IMG/VR virus record: IMGVR_UViG_3300027798_002855
Length of the DNA: 20,000 bases
Reading direction: 5' to 3' (one strand)
From: an uncultured virus (IMG/VR IMGVR_UViG_3300027798_002855)
Lineage: Duplodnaviria > Heunggongvirae > Uroviricota > Caudoviricetes
This document shows, in pieces, positions 9,250 to 15,392 of the stretch (positions are counted from its first letter, which is position 1; every line of letters begins with the position of its first letter). A model generated the notes under the pieces. That model was not told the DNA's origin, did not search any database, and saw only the letters and a list, made by a program, of their open reading frames with translations. Made by a program: the position numbers and the translations under genes.

Positions 9250-10371
9250 ATGTCGGAACAAGAAAAACTAGTAAAAGCCGCTGAAGCGGGCGCATTCGTG
9301 TCAGGTGGAATTGGCAGTGCTACTGCTACAGATCCAAATGGCAACGTGTCCCCTGCTGCATCTTTAGGTGCAGTTTCAGGCGGAACATTCGGTGTTACAA
9401 CTGGACAAAACGCAGTAAATCCAACAGGTACATCTGGTGGTATTCTAGCACCTGAACAAGCAAGACGCTTTATCGACTACGTGTGGGATGCAACAGTTCT
9501 CGCCAAAGATGGTCGTAGAGTTACAATGCGAGCAAACACTATGGAGATTGAAAAAGTCAACGTAGGAGAGCGTGTTATTCGTGCTGCTGCACAAGCAGAT
9601 GACGCATATACAAACGCAGGCGCAACATTTACAAAGGTAGAACTAACAACCAAAAAGATTCGTCTTGATTGGGAAGTTTCTACTGAGTCTCTAGAGGACA
9701 ATATTGAAGGAGCCGCTCTTGAAGATCGTCTCGTTCGCTTGATGACCAATGCATTCGCAAATGACATTGAAGATCTAGCGATTAACGGTGATGGTGCAAC
9801 AGGATCATTCCTTTCAATCATGCCTGGCTTTATTAAGCAAACTCGTGGTACAGTAGGTAACGATGCTCACGAAGCAGCGATTACTGTAACAAGTGATAAC
9901 TGGACTACTTCGGTAATGCAGTCTATCATTCTTGCACTACCACGCAAGTATCGCTCACTTAAGAGCAATCTTAAGTTCTATGCTGGTACAGATGCATTCC
10001 AAGGAATCATTAAGAATAATGGTACCCTTGCTGATGCAATTGCACAAGCATTCTCAACTAAAGACGGTCTGCTTCGCACAGAAGCAAACAGTCAAGCATA
10101 TCTTGATGGTGGCTCTCAGACATTCGGTGGTGCTCGCACTACCCGTGTTCTCGGAGTTGACGTCATGGAGGTCCCTTACTATCCAGATGGATATGTCGAT
10201 TTGACATTCCCTGAGAATCGTGTATGGGGTTTCCAGCGTGATATCACGGTCAACCGTGAATACAAGCCAAAGAAAGATACAATCGAGTACACAGTATTCG
10301 TACGCTTTGGTCTCGCTTGGGAAGAGTTGGATGCAGTTGCTTATGGCGACGCAGACAGCGCAGATTCCTAA
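9250..10371 (+). CDS. Major capsid protein (HK97 fold), 373 aa; start corrected from 9181 to 9250
   Basis: SD GGAGGTGA at 9237-9244 before ATG 9250; GGILAPEQARRFID, LTTKKIRLDWEVSTESLEDNIEG, FANDIEDLAINGDG motifs; followed by a terminator. Confidence 0.93.
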   Translation: MSEQEKLVKAAEAGAFVSGGIGSATATDPNGNVSPAASLGAVSGGTFGVTTGQNAVNPTGTSGGILAPEQARRFIDYVWDATVLAKDGRRVTMRANTMEIEKVNVGERVIRAAAQADDAYTNAGATFTKVELTTKKIRLDWEVSTESLEDNIEGAALEDRLVRLMTNAFANDIEDLAINGDGATGSFLSIMPGFIKQTRGTVGNDAHEAAITVTSDNWTTSVMQSIILALPRKYRSLKSNLKFYAGTDAFQGIIKNNGTLADAIAQAFSTKDGLLRTEANSQAYLDGGSQTFGGARTTRVLGVDVMEVPYYPDGYVDLTFPENRVWGFQRDITVNREYKPKKDTIEYTVFVRFGLAWEELDAVAYGDADSADS

Positions 10372-10391
10372 AATCTGACCAACAAAATTAG

Positions 10392-10421
10392 AAGAGAGCG
10401 GCCTAGAAACCGCTCTCTTTT
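10392..10421 (+). terminator. Intrinsic terminator after the major capsid gene
   Basis: Perfect 10-bp stem AAGAGAGCGG / CCGCTCTCTT with an 8-nt loop, running into a T-rich tail. Confidence 0.85.
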
Positions 10422-10429
10422 AGTATTTC

Positions 10430-10438
10430 TGGTATAAT
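10430..10438 (+). promoter_or_regulatory. Extended -10 promoter (TGGTATAAT); RBS GGAGG at 10445-10449
   Basis: Directly downstream of the terminator, upstream of ATG 10455. Confidence 0.75.
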
Positions 10439-10454
10439 GACAGTGGAGGATTAA

Positions 10455-10784
10455 ATGTTATCTATTGAAGAATTAAAAACAAAAAGTGTTTTTGAAATTA
10501 AATCTTATGCTAAAAAAAATAACATTGACCTAAAAGATGCTGTTAAAAAAGTAGAGATGTTAAATATTTTGCAGGGTATAGAGCCAGAAAAACCAAAAGA
10601 AACAACAGTAGAAAAAGTTGCCCTATATTCAGATCATAATAAGCACACTACTGATAAGCAATTAGGATCTCTCAAAGTTGGTTATAATATAGTTACTAAG
10701 GAGGCAGCCGATTGGTGGCTTACTCGTAAAGGTGTTCGTGAAGCAACCCCTAACGAGATAGCAAGACACTACGGCATAGAATAA
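10455..10784 (+). CDS. Small protein with an N-terminal Rho-N/HeH-like helical domain
   Basis: EELKTKSVFEIKSYAKKNNIDLKDAVKKVEMLNIL fits the L..+++.EL+..AK..gI......+K.E++..I pattern; good RBS; typical post-capsid position. Confidence 0.6.
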   Translation: MLSIEELKTKSVFEIKSYAKKNNIDLKDAVKKVEMLNILQGIEPEKPKETTVEKVALYSDHNKHTTDKQLGSLKVGYNIVTKEAADWWLTRKGVREATPNEIARHYGIE

Positions 10785-11755
10785 TGGAAATATTACGTAT
10801 TCCGCCATACCCGATTGATATTCAATACACTGTGCCAACAGCAAGCACATCGTATTTTTTAGTCATTGAAAGTAACGATAGAAACGAAGAATTGCTAAGT
10901 GTTGCTGTAACATCAAGTGCATCTTCAGTTGTTACTCGTACCCTTTCAGACACCTTCTCAAAATATGATGAGCATTATGCTGTAACAATATATGAAAAGA
11001 ACGGAACTGCTCGTGGAGATGTTGTGGTTGAGGATAATCTTGAGATTGTTAGACCATACGTAGATCCAAACTCTCTTGGAACAACTGCAACAGAGATAGC
11101 AGAGTATACAGAACATGAAAGTTTAGCAAGAAATATAATTGATTCATATGTTCCAGATGGATTTTACTTTACTACAGAATGGCTGCAAATAGTTGGTCAG
11201 GGAACTGACTACATGCCTATTTGGACCAGAGGCTATAAAATTTTAAAAGTATATCGTAACTCAGAGTTGGTTTACGATGTTGATGACGCAGACGGTCCAG
11301 CATTAGATTCGTATGATTACAGCATTACAAAAGATAAAACTGGAATTATTAAAGATCCTGTTGCGGGAGTAGATAATTGGAACAGATATGAGCGTAAGCC
11401 TGCAAGAATGCCAATCGCTGCATCAGACTCCATTTCTTTTTTTGATACAGGAGATAGCGGAAACATTCAGACGTTTAGTGGTGGAGTTAGTTTCCCAGAG
11501 GGCGAAGATTATATGTTTTATATTGAGTCAGGGTATAAAGTAGTTCCTAATGATATTAAAGATGCAACAACCATGCTTATAGATGACATTAAATGTGGAA
11601 GACTTGATTACTATAAGAGATATGTAAAAAATTATAAAACTGATCAATTTAATGTTCAATACAACAGTTTAATGATGGAAGGAACTGGAAACCTTCTTGT
11701 TGATAAAATTTTAAACAAGTATGTAAACCTTATAACTCGTCCTGGAGTATTATGA
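10784..11755 (+). CDS. Head-tail adaptor (SPP1 gp15/HK97 gp6-like) with extra beta-rich sequence
   Basis: 323 aa; ARNIIDSYV and SGYKVVPNDIKDATTMLI...ILNKYV resemble adaptor motifs; TAATG coupling to the upstream gene; synteny. Confidence 0.65.
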   Translation: MEILRIPPYPIDIQYTVPTASTSYFLVIESNDRNEELLSVAVTSSASSVVTRTLSDTFSKYDEHYAVTIYEKNGTARGDVVVEDNLEIVRPYVDPNSLGTTATEIAEYTEHESLARNIIDSYVPDGFYFTTEWLQIVGQGTDYMPIWTRGYKILKVYRNSELVYDVDDADGPALDSYDYSITKDKTGIIKDPVAGVDNWNRYERKPARMPIAASDSISFFDTGDSGNIQTFSGGVSFPEGEDYMFYIESGYKVVPNDIKDATTMLIDDIKCGRLDYYKRYVKNYKTDQFNVQYNSLMMEGTGNLLVDKILNKYVNLITRPGVL

Positions 11756-12204
11756 TGGCAATCTGTGAAGATACAGATTTTATGTTTCCGATGAAGGCAG
11801 ACGTTTATTACCCTATAATAACTCAGGGAGATTATGGTCAGCCTAAAAAAGATTGGGTTTTTGATAAGACTATATCTTGTAATGCTACACCAATTGGCGG
11901 AGCGGGATCAGAAAATATCAAGCCAGAAACATTTTTACAGTATGAAAACAAGTTAGTTGCAAGAACAAAGAGTGATCCAAGAATATCTTCTCAGCAGCAA
12001 GGAAATGCTATAACTAACATTTTAGTAACAAACATAAGGCATTCTAATGATGAACTTGTCTATAGAGAAACTGCTGGAGTCCGTGCTGGAAGGGCAACAA
12101 TATTTGAGGTAGGAACTGTTGAGCCATTTTCTGGTCCATTTAACAAGGTTGAATATTACAAGATGCTTTGGCGCAGAGCCGAAAATCAGACCGTGGGTGA
12201 CTAG
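11752..12204 (+). CDS. Putative head closure/stopper protein (SPP1 gp16-like)
   Basis: 150 aa, beta-rich, GDYGQPKKDW motif; ATGA overlap with the adaptor; synteny. Confidence 0.55.
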   Translation: MMAICEDTDFMFPMKADVYYPIITQGDYGQPKKDWVFDKTISCNATPIGGAGSENIKPETFLQYENKLVARTKSDPRISSQQQGNAITNILVTNIRHSNDELVYRETAGVRAGRATIFEVGTVEPFSGPFNKVEYYKMLWRRAENQTVGD

Positions 12205-12881
12205 TGAGAGTCGTAACAAACGTTAAAAGTTTTAGAAAAACAATGAACAATATCATAGATTACTCATATGGATTTCTTGATGGAGTTCAAGACGGCAAAC
12301 CAATATTCTTGCAAAAACTTGGCAGAGAGGTTGTTGCAGCCCTTGGTCAATACATAGACATTAATGCCAAGTCAAATCCAAAAGCTTTGCATCACGTTTA
12401 TGAATGGTATCGAACTGGCAGTCCAAGATCAAGACTTTATGACATTGACTTTATTGTAAACAAAAATGGACTTTCTGTATTCTCTAATTTTAAACAATCA
12501 ACCAGTATGTCTGGAGATTCAACAACTCCATTTTTTAACAAAGCAAAAATTATGGAAAATGGCACTCCTGTTTTGATTAGACCAAAGAAGGCATCTGCTC
12601 TTGTTTTCAACTCTGGAGGCGAGACTGTCTTTACTAAAAATCCAGTTACTGTAACAAACCCTGGAGGAAATGACGTTCAAGGAGCATATGAGCAAGTTTT
12701 TGATGAATTTATGCTGAAGTATTTTAGGCAGTCTTTCATTCGTGCATCTGGTCTGTACGACTACATTAAAAGACCAACGGTATTTAAAAAGAACATTCGT
12801 GCTGGATCCAAGGTCGGTAGGGCAAAAGGAAAAAGCACGGGATTTGCTTGGATAGCAAATGCAAGAATTGGGGTAGAATAG
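12204..12881 (+). CDS. Putative tail completion/neck protein (HK97 gp10-like position)
   Basis: 225 aa, basic, IRPKKASALVF...VFTKNPVTVTNPG motif; GTG start overlaps the upstream TAG; synteny. Confidence 0.5.
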   Translation: MRVVTNVKSFRKTMNNIIDYSYGFLDGVQDGKPIFLQKLGREVVAALGQYIDINAKSNPKALHHVYEWYRTGSPRSRLYDIDFIVNKNGLSVFSNFKQSTSMSGDSTTPFFNKAKIMENGTPVLIRPKKASALVFNSGGETVFTKNPVTVTNPGGNDVQGAYEQVFDEFMLKYFRQSFIRASGLYDYIKRPTVFKKNIRAGSKVGRAKGKSTGFAWIANARIGVE

Positions 12882-12885
12882 TACA

Positions 12886-13476
12886 ATGACTAATAATATT
12901 AAAACAACAGGATTTGCTCCAACATACATAAACAACTATGTAAATAAGCAACTATCTGATTTTGGTTTGATATCTTCTGGGCCTACCTTGCCAAACCAGG
13001 CTGGGTTTAATCCTATGGTGCCAGCACAATATCCAACAAATATAGAAGATTTATATAATGACACAATTCAAATACAGCAGGTAGACTCTCCTATTCTAAT
13101 AGTATATGATCGCATGATGAGGTTTAGGCCTTCATCTTTTTACCGTCGTAAAAGAGAGCAGTTAATATATTTTGTTTATTCTTCAGATATTGAAAAACTT
13201 ATAAATACAATAAGAGTAATTAGTGATGCCTTGGATAGAGAAGACTCTGCTGCTCAAGATATAAATGCCTATACAGCATCACAGGCAACTACATCAAATT
13301 CAGCAAATATATTTTTTCATAATGTAAGGGTCTATCAGGCTGACGAGAGCAGGGACGTGGCCGAATTGGCCTCTGCCAGAACCCTATTTGTAAACAAGAT
13401 TATAGTGGAATATGACTACCATACAAACGACACTATAACCATTTCGGGCACTTCTTATACTAATATCTATACCTAA
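12886..13476 (+). CDS. Putative tail terminator protein
   Basis: 196 aa immediately before the major tail gene; PILIVYD strand and mixed alpha/beta pattern; call rests mainly on synteny. Confidence 0.5.
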   Translation: MTNNIKTTGFAPTYINNYVNKQLSDFGLISSGPTLPNQAGFNPMVPAQYPTNIEDLYNDTIQIQQVDSPILIVYDRMMRFRPSSFYRRKREQLIYFVYSSDIEKLINTIRVISDALDREDSAAQDINAYTASQATTSNSANIFFHNVRVYQADESRDVAELASARTLFVNKIIVEYDYHTNDTITISGTSYTNIYT

Positions 13477-13481
13477 AAGGC

Positions 13482-13490
13482 TGTTATAAT
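13482..13490 (+). promoter_or_regulatory. Extended -10 promoter (TGTTATAAT) for the major tail gene
   Basis: TGn-TATAAT in the intergenic gap. Confidence 0.75.
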
Positions 13491-13544
13491 TGGTATTGAG
13501 GAAACACGCCCACCTATTTAACAAAGAAAAAAGAGGTGAACAAT

Positions 13545-14198
13545 ATGCCAGCATATAGCCGTGGTACGTCTAACAACATTATCGTTGGAGCAGCCGCGTT
13601 TTTTCTATGTGATACGACAGTAACAGCCGCACAGGCTTTTACTTCAGCCGCATCTCCAGCATTTGTAAGCACAGAGTCATACAAATCCACTCTGTCTGCA
13701 GATCCTGATTGGAACAACGTTGGTTACACAATGAACGGTCTTGAAATGCAATTCCAACCTGACTTCGGTGAGGTTGCAGTTGATCAAATTCTTGATGTTG
13801 CAAAACTTTACAAACAAGGTATGCAGGTAAATGTTGCTACAGCATTCGCTGAAGCAACTCTTGAGAATCTACTTTATGCCCTTGCATTTAATGAGTCAGA
13901 ACTCACTGGTACAAAAACAACTTCTTCAGGTCGTCGTCTGAATCTTTCAGCAGGCGAACTCGGAGAGTGCCCAGTTGAGCGAGCAATTGCAGCCGTCGGT
14001 CCAGGTACTGGCGATTGCGATGACTCAGGTAACGTAGAACGTGTCTATCTCGGATATCGTGCGCTTTCAATTGAAAACGTAACGGTTTCTGCGAAGCGTG
14101 ATGAACCTTCAATGTTTGAAGTTTCATTCCGTCTACTTCCAGAAGACTCATCTGGTGCATACGGTAAGATCGTAGATCGCACTCATACCGCATCATAA
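13545..14198 (+). CDS. Major tail (tube) protein, 217 aa; start corrected from GTG 13536 to ATG 13545
   Basis: GTG 13536 is part of the SD GAGGTGA; NIIVGAA, VGYTMNGLEMQFQPDFGEVAVDQ, FAEATLENL, FEVSFRLLP resemble siphoviral tube proteins; own promoter and terminator. Confidence 0.85.
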   Translation: MPAYSRGTSNNIIVGAAAFFLCDTTVTAAQAFTSAASPAFVSTESYKSTLSADPDWNNVGYTMNGLEMQFQPDFGEVAVDQILDVAKLYKQGMQVNVATAFAEATLENLLYALAFNESELTGTKTTSSGRRLNLSAGELGECPVERAIAAVGPGTGDCDDSGNVERVYLGYRALSIENVTVSAKRDEPSMFEVSFRLLPEDSSGAYGKIVDRTHTAS

Positions 14199-14220
14199 TC
14201 TTAAAATAAGATTAATAACA

Positions 14221-14253
14221 GCCCACTCCCTAATGGGGGTGGGTTTGTTGTTT
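14221..14253 (+). terminator. Intrinsic terminator after the major tail gene
   Basis: Stem GCCCACTCCC / GGGGGTGGGT (two G-U pairs), TAAT loop, then TTGTTGTTT. Confidence 0.85.
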
Positions 14254-14254
14254 A

Positions 14255-14263
14255 TGGTAAAAT
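14255..14263 (+). promoter_or_regulatory. Extended -10 promoter (TGGTAAAAT), probably giving a leaderless mRNA at ATG 14271
   Basis: 7 nt (AGATAAA) between the -10 hexamer and the ATG; no SD. Confidence 0.7.
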
Positions 14264-14270
14264 AGATAAA

Positions 14271-14981
14271 ATGGCTACAGAGATATATAAAATAGAAAAA
14301 ATACAATTAGTTGATGGAACAGAAATAGAACTGATTCCATTAAAAATAAAATATCTAAGAGAATTTATGTCGGTATTTAATGCAATCCGTGTAACTAAAA
14401 ATGATCAAGAAGCAATCCTTGTGTTATCAGAATGTGCAAGAATATGCATGAAACAGTACTATCCAGAAATATCAAAAACAATAGGAATGTTAGAAGATAA
14501 CCTAGATCTTCCAACGGTATATAAAGTATTAAATGTAGCGGCTGGTATTAAGATAGATAAAAAATCAGAAGAACCTGTAAAGGATCAAGCAACAGAAAGT
14601 GGTTCTACTTGGGATTCTTTAGACTTAGCCAAACTAGAATCTGAGGCATTTTTGCTCGGTATATGGAAAGATTATCAAGAACTAGAAGAGTCTTTATCAA
14701 TGCCAGAACTTATGGCTACCCTCTCCAGCAAGAGAGAACTAGACTATGAAGAAAAGAAATTTTTAGCAGCAATTCAGGGTGTTGATTTAGATTCTCAAAG
14801 CGGAAGTTCAAGAGGCCAAAAAGAATGGGAAGACATGAAGGCGAGGGTATTTAGTAAAGGCAAAACCTCAGATAGTAATGATATCCTAGCACTACAAGGT
14901 CCTGCAGCCCAGAAGGCAGGGTTTGGCATTGGAATGGGCATAGACTATGAAGATATGCGTGATCCATCAATAGTTAATTAA
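14271..14981 (+). CDS. Tail assembly chaperone, long form (G-like domain fused in frame to a T-like extension)
   Basis: 236 aa between major tail and tape measure genes; N-terminal ~95 aa are paralogous to the 109-aa downstream protein. Confidence 0.75.
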   Translation: MATEIYKIEKIQLVDGTEIELIPLKIKYLREFMSVFNAIRVTKNDQEAILVLSECARICMKQYYPEISKTIGMLEDNLDLPTVYKVLNVAAGIKIDKKSEEPVKDQATESGSTWDSLDLAKLESEAFLLGIWKDYQELEESLSMPELMATLSSKRELDYEEKKFLAAIQGVDLDSQSGSSRGQKEWEDMKARVFSKGKTSDSNDILALQGPAAQKAGFGIGMGIDYEDMRDPSIVN

Positions 14982-15009
14982 TAAAGTATTTTTAAAAATA
15001 GGCCTTTCA

Positions 15010-15018
15010 TGCTATAAT
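15010..15018 (+). promoter_or_regulatory. Extended -10 promoter (TGCTATAAT); strong RBS AGGAGG at 15034-15039
   Basis: Consensus TGn-TATAAT upstream of ATG 15044. Confidence 0.75.
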
Positions 15019-15043
15019 TACATTAGCCTATATAGGAGGAAAA

Positions 15044-15373
15044 ATGGCAACAACTACGTATGAGAGTCAAGAACTTGTACTTATGGATGGAACTACAATA
15101 GCAGTGAGACCTTTAAAAATCTCTTTGCTTCGTCCCTTCATGAGCAAGTTTGAAAAAGTGGCAGAGGTGGCAGAAGATAACGAGAAGTCTATGACTCTCC
15201 TTATTGAATGTGTAAAAATTGCTATGCAGCAATATAAGCCAGAACTGGCTGATGTTCAGAAACTAGAGGAAGTTTTAGACCTTCCAACAGTTTACAAAAT
15301 CATTGAGGCTGCTTCAGGAGTTAAACTTCAAGATGCAAACGCTCTGCTAAACACAGTGCTTGCAAATAACTAA
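15044..15373 (+). CDS. Tail assembly chaperone, short form (G-like)
   Basis: 109 aa directly upstream of the tape measure gene; DGT.I...PLKI..LR.FMS and LDLPTVYK shared with the 236-aa gene. Confidence 0.78.
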   Translation: MATTTYESQELVLMDGTTIAVRPLKISLLRPFMSKFEKVAEVAEDNEKSMTLLIECVKIAMQQYKPELADVQKLEEVLDLPTVYKIIEAASGVKLQDANALLNTVLANN

Positions 15374-15392
15374 AAAGTAAGAGGTGTTATAA

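Noticed and set aside
14548..14570. Slippery site at the G/T junction of the long chaperone (GAT AAA AAA TCA)
   Set aside because: Not an in-frame X XXY YYZ heptamer, and the extension is already in frame; at most a relic
14196..15036. Short palindromes TAATCTTA-AAA-TAAGATTA (14196-14214), TATTTTTAAAAATA (14987-15000) and CCTATATAGG (15027-15036)
   Set aside because: AT-rich, unrelated to each other and plausible by chance; no independent support as operators
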